Positions 1 to 9,165 are shown, counted from the first letter of the stretch. The stretch: 37,498 bases of DNA from a virus (IMGVR_UViG_3300006872_000008:1-37498), one strand, 5' to 3'. Notes: generated by a model from the letters alone, not told the origin. Numbers and translations are program-made.

Positions 1-1044
1 GTAGAGCGGCTGCGCCTCGCGCGGGCCGCGCTCGGAAGGGACCGCGGCGACCGGCGCGGTCGGCAGCTCGAGCGCGCGGCGCAGCATGAGCTGCTTGAAG
101 GCGCGCGGGTCGGTCTCGAGCAGCGCCTCCGGGACCGGGAACACCTGAACGAAGTCGCCGACGCCGAAGCCCAGCGAGAGGTGGTCGGCCGCGTCATTGC
201 CATCCTTCGCCTCGACGATCGATAGCTCGACGCGCGAGACGTCCTCGCCCGACTCGACGTGGAGCACCCGCGCGATCGAACCGAACACCTCGCGCGCGTG
301 CTTGTAGCCGGCCTCGTCCTTGTGCTGAACGATTCGGATCTTGCCCGAGCGCATGCGCCGGAACGGCTCCGACAGCTCGTCGCGCCACTTCCCGGCGCCG
401 CCCGTGTTGCACGTCGCCACCTGCTCGGCCGCGATCAGCGCGAGCGCGTCCTTCTCGCCCTCCGCGATCCAGATATCGTCGCCGGCGTCCAGCGCGGCGA
501 AGAGCATCGGGATCTGGAAGAGCGTCGTCGGCTGGTCGCCGAGCCCGCAATCGCACTTCGGCCGCCCGGGGCACGGCTTCATGTGCCACACCCACTCGCC
601 CGCGCGCGCGGGATGCCGGCGCCGCTGGCGGAACGTCTTGGGCTCGTAGCGGACCACCTGGTAGAGCAGCTCGCCGCGCAGCGAGACGTAGTCGTAGGTC
701 GCGACCTCGACCTTCGGCTCGTCGTCGACCGCGCGGAGATGCTCGCGCGACGCCGGCGTCGCGCGGCCCGTGGTCCCATAGGCCCGCGCGCGAGAGCGCG
801 GCGGCGGGTCGTTCGCGGTTGGATCCTCGCGGTGCACCGTGCCGCACGGGCAGCGGCCGACCGCGCGGTGCGAGTAGGTCTGCGAGCCGGCGTGGAACTT
901 CGCCTGGCCCGCTTGCTCCTCGCGCGAGCAGTGGATCCAGCCCTCGTCGCCGATCCACCCCGCGCAGCGGATGCCCTGGCCGCGCGGCTGATCGGGCCAG
1001 CCTCCGCAGATCGGGCACGGGTTCGCCTTCGTGTGGCGCTTCAT
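1..1044 (-). CDS. DNA primase (N-terminal Zn finger + TOPRIM), truncated at window edge; possibly a primase-helicase
   Basis: Not in the ORF track; translated by hand from ATG at 1044 (GAGGAG upstream): MKRHTKANPCPICGG...IRC...IHC...YDYVSLRGELLYQVVRYEPKTFRQRR...IWIAEGEKDALAL...ATCNTGGAGKW...IVQHKDEAG...GNDAADHL. The frame stays open to position 1. Confidence 0.85.
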   Translation of the reverse strand, partial: MKRHTKANPCPICGGWPDQPRGQGIRCAGWIGDEGWIHCSREEQAGQAKFHAGSQTYSHRAVGRCPCGTVHREDPTANDPPPRSRARAYGTTGRATPASREHLRAVDDEPKVEVATYDYVSLRGELLYQVVRYEPKTFRQRRRHPARAGEWVWHMKPCPGRPKCDCGLGDQPTTLFQIPMLFAALDAGDDIWIAEGEKDALALIAAEQVATCNTGGAGKWRDELSEPFRRMRSGKIRIVQHKDEAGYKHAREVFGSIARVLHVESGEDVSRVELSIVEAKDGNDAADHLSLGFGVGDFVQVFPVPEALLETDPRAFKQLMLRRALELPTAPVAAVPSERGPREAQPLY

Positions 1045-1051
1045 CGTCTCC

Positions 1052-2032
1052 TCACCAGCCGAGCTTTTCGCGCGACGCCGGCGGCGGAGCTTCGCTCGCC
1101 CGAGCGTGCGCGCCGCGCTCGATTCGCTGGGAATCCATCGGCGGCCGGACGGGGCCCGGGCCCGCGGCCGCTTCGGCGCGCGCGGCGAACTCCTCCTGCT
1201 GGCGCACCGCGCGCGCATTAGCGTCGAACTCGTCCGCCCACGCGCGCGGATCCCGGAGCGCGAGCTTCGCCCCATCGGTTCCCAGCCGCGTGAGCCGCTC
1301 GCGCTCGTCCTTGCGGATCCACTTCTGAACCGACTTGACCCAGTCGCTGCGGCGCTTCGTTCCCGCGCCGAAGTGCTCGAGCACAGTCGCGACGTAGGTC
1401 TCGAGCGAGCGATCCGCCTTCAGGCCGCCACGCGAGAGCCACGGGACGTGCTCCTCGGCCCATTCGCGCATGCGCTCGAGATCGTGGTCGGAGAGCCGCT
1501 CCGGTGCCGGCTTCGCTGGGGGCTTCGGGAACAGCAGCTCCTGGCCTACCGCCGGTGCTTCGTCGCCATCCGCCTCGTGTGGGCGGGGCGCGACGGAGGC
1601 GCGCCCTCTCTTCTTCTTCGGTTTCGGTTTCGGAGACGGTTTCGGAGTCGGAGTCGGAAGGGGCGCCGGACGGGCAGACCCCGGGGCAGAGTGTCGCCCG
1701 GCGGACGGGCGCTCCCACTCTTGGAATTCCGCGAGCTTAGGCCATTCGACGAACGTGAACGTGCCGCGCGGCTCGATTTTCAACTCGAAGCGTTCGCGCA
1801 GGTCCGCGAGACACTTTCGCGCCTCATCCAGTGAGGCCGAGAGCGTGATCGTGAGGAGATCGCCCGGTGGGATCGCAGCCTCCTGCGCGCGCCGGCCGAT
1901 GTGTCCGTCTCGCTGGCGCCGCTGGTTGAACCACGCGAGCAGCCCGAGGAACGTCGACCGCTGGTCGCGCGAGAGATCCTCCCGCAAGAGCGAGTCGGCC
2001 ACGCGAAACCAGCGCTTGCGCGGTGTCGCCAT
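1052..2032 (-). CDS. Putative phage replication initiator (lambda O-like architecture)
   Basis: MATPRKRWFRVADSLLRED... helical N-domain ending WPKLAEFQ, then a PTPTPKPSPKPKPKKK linker, then a C-domain with RSDWVKSVQKWIRK. Lies directly upstream of the primase. The start is trimmed from the 730-aa track ORF, whose extension is antisense to yqaJ. Confidence 0.6.
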   Translation of the reverse strand: MATPRKRWFRVADSLLREDLSRDQRSTFLGLLAWFNQRRQRDGHIGRRAQEAAIPPGDLLTITLSASLDEARKCLADLRERFELKIEPRGTFTFVEWPKLAEFQEWERPSAGRHSAPGSARPAPLPTPTPKPSPKPKPKKKRGRASVAPRPHEADGDEAPAVGQELLFPKPPAKPAPERLSDHDLERMREWAEEHVPWLSRGGLKADRSLETYVATVLEHFGAGTKRRSDWVKSVQKWIRKDERERLTRLGTDGAKLALRDPRAWADEFDANARAVRQQEEFAARAEAAAGPGPVRPPMDSQRIERGAHARASEAPPPASREKLGW

Positions 2033-2052
2033 CAGGCGAGCCCGGAGGCTGA

Positions 2053-2084
2053 GGCCCCGGCCACCCTCGCGGATGACCGGGGCC
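2053..2084 (-). promoter_or_regulatory. 14-bp hairpin with GCGA (GNRA) tetraloop in the leader of the initiator gene
   Basis: Minus strand GGCCCCGGTCATCC-GCGA-GGGTGGCCGGGGCC pairs fully, with two G.U pairs that work only on this strand. Confidence 0.55.
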
Positions 2085-2283
2085 GGGTGCGCGTGCTCTT
2101 GGGAGGGCGATCGCGCAGAGATCGATGGGCGAGAAAACCGTAGCGCGACACGCCGAAGCGCCCTCCCGAGCGCCAGGGGACCATCGCGCGCGAGCCCGCG
2201 CAAGAGCCTTCGCGACAGAGCCGACAAGATTTCGCCGGCGTCTTGTGGCTGCGCGCCGAGAACACCACCACCCCTGGGCCCGC

Positions 2284-2312
2284 TTGACCCGCGCCGCGAT
2301 TTCGTGGAATTC
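2284..2312 (+). promoter_or_regulatory. Candidate sigma70-type promoter for the early operon
   Basis: TTGACC at 2284-2289, then an AT-rich TGGAATT about 15-17 nt downstream, in the divergent intergenic region ahead of yqaJ. The -10 match is weak. Confidence 0.35.
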
Positions 2313-2365
2313 TCCGCGCCACCTCGCACCCGATCGTGGCCACATCCACGCTCGGAGGAACACGC

Positions 2366-3280
2366 ATGGCCAAAGCAATCTGCGACGCGAACGCGAACCG
2401 CAGCCTCTGGATCGAAGAGCGGCGCCGCGGCGTCGGCGCGAGCGACGCGCCGGCGATCCTGGGGATCAGCCGCTTCGGGAGCCCGACCTCGGTCGCGGCC
2501 GCGAAGCTCGGGCTGCTCGGCGACGATGAGGACGCCGAGACGGAGCTGCAGCGCTGGGGGCGCTTCGTCGAGAAGCCGATGATCGAAGCGTTCAACGCCG
2601 AGACAGGGCTGAAGGCGCGCCCCTCGAACGTCCTCTACCAGCGCGAGCACGATCGCCTCGGCTTCATGATGGCGACGCCGGACGGCGAGGTCGCGCTCGC
2701 GACGGGCGAGGTCGGCGGCCTCGAGTGCAAGCTGAAGATCTTCGGCGCCGACGAGTGGGAACGCGAAGGCGTGCCCGACGAGGTCCAGGTCCAGGCGCAG
2801 CACCAGATGGCCGTGATGGGCTGGGGCTTCGTCTACGTGCTCGGCCTGCTCGACGGCTACCGCCTGCGCTGGCGCAAGGTCGAGCGCGACGAAGCCCGGA
2901 TCACCGGCGAGATCGAGCCCGCGGAGATCGACTTCTGGGATCGCCTGCTCGGCGGCCGCGCGCAGCCGATCCTCACCGGGAACCCGGCCGCCACGAAGGC
3001 CGCGCTCGCGAAGATGTTCGCGCGCGAGACGCCCGGGCTCGTGCGGCTCGAGGGCCCCGATGCGCTCGGCCACTTCAACGCCTGGAAGCAAGCGACCGCC
3101 GCCGAGAAGGCTGCCGCGATGGCGAAAGAGCACCACCGCAACGCGCTCGTGGCCCTGATGGGCGAGCACACCGATGCATCGCTCGACGGCGGGATCCGGC
3201 TCACCTACCGCGCGCAGACGCGCGGGCCCTACGAGGTGAAGCACTCGACCACCTTCCGCGTGCTCCGGGAGAAGAAGTGA
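2366..3280 (+). CDS. yqaJ: YqaJ-like viral recombinase (lambda-exonuclease family)
   Basis: WIEERRRGVGASDAPAILGISRF, WGRFVE, MMATPDG, GLECK and QAQHQMAVMG motifs; GGAGGA RBS at 2354-2359. Confidence 0.92.
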   Translation: MAKAICDANANRSLWIEERRRGVGASDAPAILGISRFGSPTSVAAAKLGLLGDDEDAETELQRWGRFVEKPMIEAFNAETGLKARPSNVLYQREHDRLGFMMATPDGEVALATGEVGGLECKLKIFGADEWEREGVPDEVQVQAQHQMAVMGWGFVYVLGLLDGYRLRWRKVERDEARITGEIEPAEIDFWDRLLGGRAQPILTGNPAATKAALAKMFARETPGLVRLEGPDALGHFNAWKQATAAEKAAAMAKEHHRNALVALMGEHTDASLDGGIRLTYRAQTRGPYEVKHSTTFRVLREKK

Positions 3281-3474
3281 TGGCCGCGCGCCCGATCCTG
3301 AAGCCCGGGCTGCCGGGCGACCTTCTCCTGATCCTCGACACCGCGCGGAACACGCTGATCGCGAGCGGGCCCGAGAGCACGGCGAAGCACCGCACGATCG
3401 CGCTGACCACGATCGAATCGCTCGAGATGTGGCTCGGGATCAAGCCCGTCGCCGAGATGCCGGAGCCCGACTGA
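3280..3474 (+). CDS. Hypothetical protein
   Basis: MAARPILKPGLPGDLLLIL...; coupled by TGATG overlaps at both ends; GC3-rich codons. Confidence 0.7.
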   Translation: MAARPILKPGLPGDLLLILDTARNTLIASGPESTAKHRTIALTTIESLEMWLGIKPVAEMPEPD

Positions 3475-3794
3475 TGCGCGGCCGCAACGCCGCGGGCCGC
3501 TGGGTCGCGTTCTCGGTCTGGCTGGAAGAGCACCTGCCCTGGCGCCTCGATTGGATCGGCCCCTGGCTGCGCAGCGCGCTCTGCCACAAGCGCGGCCGAC
3601 ACGAGCCCGTCGACGATCAGTGCCAGATCGCGGGCCATCGGTACTGCTGGATTTGCGGCGCGCCGCAGCCCGGCCTGAATTCCACGCCCGCGCTCCTCGA
3701 GCTGGGCTGGTCGCGCGAGCAGATCGCCCGCGCGCTCGTTCACGACCACCACCAGTGGTATCGCGCGCAGCGCGATCCGAAGGGAGCCCCGTGA
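3474..3794 (+). CDS. Hypothetical protein with Cys/His (possible Zn-binding) motif
   Basis: LCHKRGRH...QC...RYCWICG; coupled start and stop with neighbours. Confidence 0.65.
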   Translation: MRGRNAAGRWVAFSVWLEEHLPWRLDWIGPWLRSALCHKRGRHEPVDDQCQIAGHRYCWICGAPQPGLNSTPALLELGWSREQIARALVHDHHQWYRAQRDPKGAP

Positions 3795-5335
3795 AGCCTT
3801 CCGCCCTCGCCCTCGACCGCATCGACGAGCGTCTCTGGAACCCGCGCCGGCGCCATGACGCCGAGGCCGACGCGGAGCTGGCCGCGAGCATCGGCGCGAG
3901 CGGCGTGCTGCAGCCGATCCTCGTGCGCCCGACCGCGGACCCCGAGCGGTATCAGCTGGTCGCGGGCCAGCGGCGCCTCGCCGCGGCGCGCGCCCTGAAG
4001 CTCGAGACGATCCCCGTGCGGGTCGAGGCCCTGACCGACGAGCAGGCGCTCGCGGCCCAGATCGCGGAGAACGCCGCGCGCGCCGACGTCCACCCGCTGG
4101 ATGAGGCCGAGGCGCTCGAGCGACTGCAGCGCGCCGGCCTGAAGAGCGCCGGCGAGCTGAGCGAGGCGACCGGCATGCCGGTCCACCAAATCCAGGCGCG
4201 CCTGCGCCTGCGCCACCTCTCGCCGAAGGTGCGCAAGGCGTTCGAAGAGGGCCGGCTCGAGATCGGCCACGCGAACCTCTTCGCGCGCATCGCGGAGCCC
4301 GAGGTGCAGGACGCGGCGCTCGCCCGCTGCTTCACGCGCGACTACGCCGCGAGCGTCGGCGAGCTGGGCCGCCGGATCCGCGAGGAATTCATGCTCGAGC
4401 TGAAGGGCGCCCCCTTCCCGCTCGACGATGCCCGCGTGAACGGCGCGGCGGGCCCGTGCCATACCTGCCCGAAGCGCTCCGGGAATCAGGCCGAGCTGTT
4501 CGCGGACGTGAAGAACAAGAACACCTGCACCGATCCGGTGTGCTTTCGCGACAAGGCCGAGCGGTGGTGGGGCGCGCGCGAGGCCGAGCACCGCGCGAGC
4601 AAGCGGCCCGTGGTGGCGAAGGGCGGCCTGCCGAATCACCTCGTCTCGCTCGACGAGCGGAACTGGAGCGCGCCCGGCGAGAAGTCGTATCGCGAGACGA
4701 TCGGGAAGCACCTCGCGCAGCCCGAGATCGCCGAGCAGATCCACCTCGTGCGCGCCGAGGACCGCTTCACGCGCATCACGACGGCGGTCGAGGCCCTGCC
4801 GCGCAAGATGCTCGAGGCGCTCGCGAAGCCCGCGAAGGGCGAGCGCTCCGAGACGACGCCGGCCGCGCGCGCGGCGAACGCCCAGCAGCGCGCCGAAGCC
4901 GAAGCGCGCGGCGCCTTCCTCCAGCAGGTGGCCGAGACGCGCTACGCGGACACGGACGGCGCGCGGAACTTCTTCGCCTGGCTGGCCGACGCCGTGATTG
5001 AAGCGAGCTGGGCGGAGCTGCTGCGCAAGACGGCCGCGCGCCGCGGCCTCGCGCAGAAGGGGAAGCGGCCCGAAGAGCAGCTGCACGCGTGGGTCTCGGG
5101 CGCGACCTCGGGCGAGGCCCTCGGCTTGGTCGTCGAGATCCTGACGGCGCGCGCGCTCAGCACCTACGGGAGCGACCGGGCCGAGATCGTGACGCGGATC
5201 CAGGCGCTCGCCGGCGCCGACTTGACCGCGATGACCAAGGCCGCGGTGAAGGCCGCGAAGGCGAAGCTCGCGGCGAAGGCGAAGCCGCCCAAGCGCGCGC
5301 GCAAGGCCGCGAAGCGGAAGAACGCGAAGCCGTGA
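3791..5335 (+). CDS. parB: ParB/RepB/Spo0J family protein with Cys-rich middle region
   Basis: NPRRRHD...ELAASIGASGVLQPILVRP...YQLVAGQRRLAAA...ENAARADVHPLDEAEA, HTH region, GPCHTCPKRS...CTDPVCF. GTG start overlaps the previous stop. Confidence 0.88.
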   Translation: MKPSALALDRIDERLWNPRRRHDAEADAELAASIGASGVLQPILVRPTADPERYQLVAGQRRLAAARALKLETIPVRVEALTDEQALAAQIAENAARADVHPLDEAEALERLQRAGLKSAGELSEATGMPVHQIQARLRLRHLSPKVRKAFEEGRLEIGHANLFARIAEPEVQDAALARCFTRDYAASVGELGRRIREEFMLELKGAPFPLDDARVNGAAGPCHTCPKRSGNQAELFADVKNKNTCTDPVCFRDKAERWWGAREAEHRASKRPVVAKGGLPNHLVSLDERNWSAPGEKSYRETIGKHLAQPEIAEQIHLVRAEDRFTRITTAVEALPRKMLEALAKPAKGERSETTPAARAANAQQRAEAEARGAFLQQVAETRYADTDGARNFFAWLADAVIEASWAELLRKTAARRGLAQKGKRPEEQLHAWVSGATSGEALGLVVEILTARALSTYGSDRAEIVTRIQALAGADLTAMTKAAVKAAKAKLAAKAKPPKRARKAAKRKNAKP

Positions 5336-7095
5336 TCTGGATTTCGCTCAACGATCACTTCCGGCTCCCCGCGGAGATCGTGACGCAGACCGTCGCGGTC
5401 CTCGCAAAGCGCCGCGCCGGCAAGAGCTATCTCGCCCGCAGGCTTGTCGAGGGGCTCGCCGGCGCCGGGCTTCAGGTCGTGATCGTCGACCCGAAGGGCG
5501 ACTGGTGGGGCGTGCGCTCGAGCGCGGACGGCAAGAGCCCGGGCCTGCCGTTCACGATCCTCGGCGGCGAACGCGGCGACGTTCCGCTCGAGCGCGCCGG
5601 CGGCGAGCTGGTCGCGAAGCTCGTCGTCGAAGAGCGCGTGAGCGCGCTGCTCGACCTCTCGCTCTTCCGCAAGAGCGAGCTGGCGACATTCATGGCCGAC
5701 TTCCTCGAGGCCCTCTACCGGCTGAAGGCGCTCGAGCGGCATCGCACCGCGCTGATGCTCGTGATCGATGAGGCCGACGCGATCGCGCCCCAGAAGCCCG
5801 ATCAGAAGGGCGATCAGCTCCGCATGCTCGGTGCGGCCGAGGACATTGTGCGGCGCGGCGGGCAGCGCGGGCTCGGGTGCACCCTGATCTCTCAGCGCAG
5901 TGCCGTGCTGAACAAGAACGTGCTCACGCAAGCGGAGATCCTGATCGCGCTGCGCACGATCTCGCCGCAGGACCGCGCCGCGCTCGACGCCTGGGTCGAG
6001 GTCCACGGCGAGCGCGAGCAGCGCGAGACGCTGATGGCGAGCCTTCCGTCACTGCCGACCGGCGACGCCTGGGTCTGGTCACCGGGCTGGCCCAGCGCCG
6101 GCGGGATCTTCGAGCGGATCCACGTCGGCGCGATCGCGACCTTCGACTCGGGCGCGACGCCGAAGCCGGGCGAGAAGATCGTGGAGCCGAAGAGCGTCGC
6201 CGAGGTCGACCTCGCGCGCGTGCGCGCGCAGATGGCCGAGGTGATGAAGCGCGCCGAGGAAGCGGACCCGAAGCGGCTGCGCGCGCGCATCGCGGCGCTC
6301 GAGCGCGAGCTGGCCGCGAAGCCGGCGCCATCGCCCGCCTTCGACCGCGCCGTGCTCGACCGCGCGATTCAGGAAGGCCGTGCTTACGAGCAGCGCAAGA
6401 CGGCGCAGCTCGAGGCGCGGCTGCAGGACGTGCGCGGCCGCTTCCGCGACGTGGAGCGCCTCGCCGACGCCGCGACGGCCGCCATCAGCGAGCTGGCGAC
6501 GGCGCTCGGCAAGCTCGCGGTTCTCGCCGGGCGCGAGCTGCCCGCGCCCGAGATCCCGAAGGCGCCTCGAGCGATCGCCGAAAAGCGGAAGTCACTGCCG
6601 GCCTCCTCCATCGCGCCGCTGGTTGCCGCCGGCCTGGTCCAGCCCGCGCTCGAGAAGGGCCCGCGCGCCGTGCTGATCTCGATCGCGCAGCACGTCGACG
6701 GCGTGAGCCGCGTCCAGATCGGGACGATCGCTGGCTACAAGCGGTCGACCCGGAACCTCTACCTCCAGCAGCTCGCGCGCGCGGGCTTCATCGCAGAGAA
6801 CGGCGGCCGGCTCCACGCGACCGCCGCCGGCCTGGCCGCCCTCGGCGATTTCGAGCGCCTTCCGACCGGGCACGCCCTCCTGAAGTACTGGCTCGAGCGC
6901 TTGCCCGAGGGCGAGCGGCGCACTCTCGAAGTAGTCGCATCTGCCGCGCCGGGCTGGATTTCGCGCGACGCGGTGGGGGACGGTACGGGCTACCAGCGGA
7001 GCACGCGCAACCTGTACCTGCAGCAGCTCGTGCGCCGCGGCCTGATCGAAACGCAACGCGAGGGAGTGCGGCTGAGCCCGACCCTCGCCGACTAG
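5332..7095 (+). CDS. HerA/FtsK-like (DUF87) P-loop ATPase with coiled coil and two C-terminal winged-helix repeats
   Basis: Walker A variant AKRRAGKS, IVDPKGDW, Walker B LVIDEAD, RRGGQRG and ISQR motifs; duplicated GY(K/Q)RSTRNLYLQQL motif. GTG overlaps the parB stop. Confidence 0.82.
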   Translation: MIWISLNDHFRLPAEIVTQTVAVLAKRRAGKSYLARRLVEGLAGAGLQVVIVDPKGDWWGVRSSADGKSPGLPFTILGGERGDVPLERAGGELVAKLVVEERVSALLDLSLFRKSELATFMADFLEALYRLKALERHRTALMLVIDEADAIAPQKPDQKGDQLRMLGAAEDIVRRGGQRGLGCTLISQRSAVLNKNVLTQAEILIALRTISPQDRAALDAWVEVHGEREQRETLMASLPSLPTGDAWVWSPGWPSAGGIFERIHVGAIATFDSGATPKPGEKIVEPKSVAEVDLARVRAQMAEVMKRAEEADPKRLRARIAALERELAAKPAPSPAFDRAVLDRAIQEGRAYEQRKTAQLEARLQDVRGRFRDVERLADAATAAISELATALGKLAVLAGRELPAPEIPKAPRAIAEKRKSLPASSIAPLVAAGLVQPALEKGPRAVLISIAQHVDGVSRVQIGTIAGYKRSTRNLYLQQLARAGFIAENGGRLHATAAGLAALGDFERLPTGHALLKYWLERLPEGERRTLEVVASAAPGWISRDAVGDGTGYQRSTRNLYLQQLVRRGLIETQREGVRLSPTLAD

Positions 7096-7104
7096 GAGCA
7101 CCCG

Positions 7105-7596
7105 ATGGACGTCAAGGTCGAGATCTCCCTGAGCCTGGACGCCCCGATCCCGCACCGGCGCGACGGCGCGACGCTCTTCGACCTCGTCGCCGAGAAGATC
7201 GCCGAATCGGTGATGGTCGACGAAGTGGTGCGCGAGCGGGTCCGCAAGGTCGCCGATGATGCGGCGCTCGGGCAGGCGGCCCTGATCCTCGCCGACCTCG
7301 TCGAGCACGGGGTGCGGCCGACGAATCGTTACGGCGAGATCGCCGCGGACGCGAAGCCGGTCACGCTGCGCGAGCTGGTCGGCGCGCAGCTCGAGCGCGA
7401 TCTCAAGGTCCGGCCGCCGCACCAGCGCGGCAGCTACGCGAGCGACCGCACCCTGCTCGAGAGCTTCCTCGAGGACACGGTGCGCAAGATGGTCCGCGAG
7501 GACTTCGACACCGCGCTGAAGGACGCGCGCGCCGCGCTCTTGGTCGTACTGCGCGAGGCCGCGGCGAAGCTCCTCGCCGAGAAGGCCGCCGTCTGA
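7105..7596 (+). CDS. Hypothetical protein
   Basis: AGGAG RBS, GC3-rich ORF, coupled to the next gene. Confidence 0.75.
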   Translation: MDVKVEISLSLDAPIPHRRDGATLFDLVAEKIAESVMVDEVVRERVRKVADDAALGQAALILADLVEHGVRPTNRYGEIAADAKPVTLRELVGAQLERDLKVRPPHQRGSYASDRTLLESFLEDTVRKMVREDFDTALKDARAALLVVLREAAAKLLAEKAAV

Positions 7597-8576
7597 TGGC
7601 GAACGATCACACCGGGATCTCGTGGACGGATGCGACGTGGAGCCCGGTCGTCGGGTGCACGCGCGTCTCGCCCGGCTGCGAGCGTTGCTACGCCGAGCGC
7701 GCCGTGAACCGGCTGCAGCGGCACCCGGTCGTGGGCGAGCACTACCAGGGGCTGCTCACCTCGACGGGCCGATTCAGCGGCCGCGTGGCGACCTTCTGGG
7801 ATCGCTTCGATCAGCCGCTCCGCTGGAAGCGGCCGCGCAAGATCTTCGTGAACTCGATGAGCGATCTGTTCCACGACGCGATCTCCGATGAGACGCGTGA
7901 CACGCTGTTCGGCGTCATGGCGCTCGCCGATCGGCACACCTTCCAGATCCTCACGAAGCGCGCGGCCGCGATGCGCGAGTACTTCGCGGAGCCGACGCGC
8001 ATGGCCCTGATCGAAGGTGCCGCGCAGCTCCTCTACGCGGAGCGCAACCCAGGCGACGATCCGTCGATGTGGCTCGCCGTGAGCGAGCTGCCGAAGAACA
8101 TCTGGCTCGGCATCTCGGCCGAGGATCAGCGGCGCGCTGACGCGCGCATCCCGGACCTCCTCGAGACGCCGGCGCGCGTGCGCTTCGTGAGCGCCGAGCC
8201 GCTGATCGGCCCGATCGTCCTGCGCCCCGAGTGGCTCCACGGGCTCGACACGAGCGAGGGCGCGCGCGACCCGAAGCGCGTCGACTGGATCATCGCCGGC
8301 GGCGAGAGCGGGCCCGACGCGCGCGAGTGCGCGATCGATTGGCTCGAGGCCCTGCTCGAGCAGACCCTCGAGACGCCCTGCGCCTTCTGGATGAAACAGC
8401 TGGGCTCGAACCCGATCGGCACGCTCGCGCAATTCGACGCGATGCCGCTCGGCGACCGGATCACGCTCGACCTTCCCGGCGGCCGCGGGCACATCACGCC
8501 GATCGATCGGAAGGGCGAGAGCCGCGAGGGCTGGCCGCGCCGCCTGAACGTGCAGGAGTTTCCCGAGCCGTGGTGA
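7596..8576 (+). CDS. Phage Gp37/Gp68 family protein (DUF5131, radical-SAM-like Cx6Cx2C)
   Basis: TGISWTDATWSPVVGCTRVSPGCERCYA, IFVNSMSDLFH, HTFQILTKR, RFVSAEPLIG, DWIIAGGESG and FWMKQLG motifs. Confidence 0.93.
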   Translation: MANDHTGISWTDATWSPVVGCTRVSPGCERCYAERAVNRLQRHPVVGEHYQGLLTSTGRFSGRVATFWDRFDQPLRWKRPRKIFVNSMSDLFHDAISDETRDTLFGVMALADRHTFQILTKRAAAMREYFAEPTRMALIEGAAQLLYAERNPGDDPSMWLAVSELPKNIWLGISAEDQRRADARIPDLLETPARVRFVSAEPLIGPIVLRPEWLHGLDTSEGARDPKRVDWIIAGGESGPDARECAIDWLEALLEQTLETPCAFWMKQLGSNPIGTLAQFDAMPLGDRITLDLPGGRGHITPIDRKGESREGWPRRLNVQEFPEPW

Positions 8577-8788
8577 GCGTACTCGCCTGGTACAGCGCGA
8601 TCGCGGTCGGCATCTGGTTCGGCATCGCGATCGCCGCACGCAGCCGGGTGCGGCGCGGAAACGACCTCGCGACCCACGTTCTCGGCTCGGCCGTGATCGG
8701 TGCCTTCTGGCCGATCGCCCTGATCTTCGTCGCGGTCTCGATCGGTGTCGGGATCGCGGTGCGGCTCGACGAGCGGCGCGACCGATGA
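8573..8788 (+). CDS. Small membrane protein (two predicted TM segments)
   Basis: AWYSAIAVGIWFGIAIA and VIGAFWPIALIFVAVSIGVGIAV; overlapping start/stop codons with neighbours. Confidence 0.65.
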   Translation: MSVLAWYSAIAVGIWFGIAIAARSRVRRGNDLATHVLGSAVIGAFWPIALIFVAVSIGVGIAVRLDERRDR

Positions 8789-9165
8789 AGGCGTGGCTTC
8801 GCCGGCACAGGATCCTGCGCCCGATGGTCGAGGGCGAGTACATGCCGCGCGGCTTCGGCTACGCCTACACCGAGTGGGTCTACGACCGCTCCTGGTGCGC
8901 GCCGATCCCGCTGAACTTCGCAATCGCGTGGATCCGCCGCGCCTGGTTCGTGATGAAGGTCGGCCCGATGCGCCGGCCGCCGCCGCTCCCGGTGGGCGAA
9001 CAGGCCCGCTGGGATGCCTTCGCAAGGCTGGTCGAGTCGCCGCAGCTCCTCGCCTGGGGCGACGAGATCGGCGGCTACGCCGTGACGCCCGAAGGCGAGC
9101 CCGCGCTGCTCACGAGCACGATCCGGGACCACGTCCTGAAGCTCACCCTGCGAGACGAGCCGTGA
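8785..9165 (+). CDS. Hypothetical protein
   Basis: MKAWLRRHRILRPMVEGEYMPRGFGYAY...PIPLNFAIAWIRRAW; coupled to both neighbours. Confidence 0.7.
   Translation: MKAWLRRHRILRPMVEGEYMPRGFGYAYTEWVYDRSWCAPIPLNFAIAWIRRAWFVMKVGPMRRPPPLPVGEQARWDAFARLVESPQLLAWGDEIGGYAVTPEGEPALLTSTIRDHVLKLTLRDEP

Noticed and set aside
194-1018. 274-aa minus-strand track ORF
   Set aside because: Wrong frame; the primase motifs are in the frame starting at 1044.
1620-1716. GGTTTC/GGAGTC short repeats and GGACGGGC pairs as origin iterons
   Set aside because: The hexamers are explained by the PT/PK linker codons, and the other repeats are too short and few. An origin here is possible but unsupported.
2033-3244. N-terminal extension of the 730-aa minus-strand ORF
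   Set aside because: It is antisense to yqaJ and crosses the intergenic control region; protein-like sequence starts at ATG 2032.
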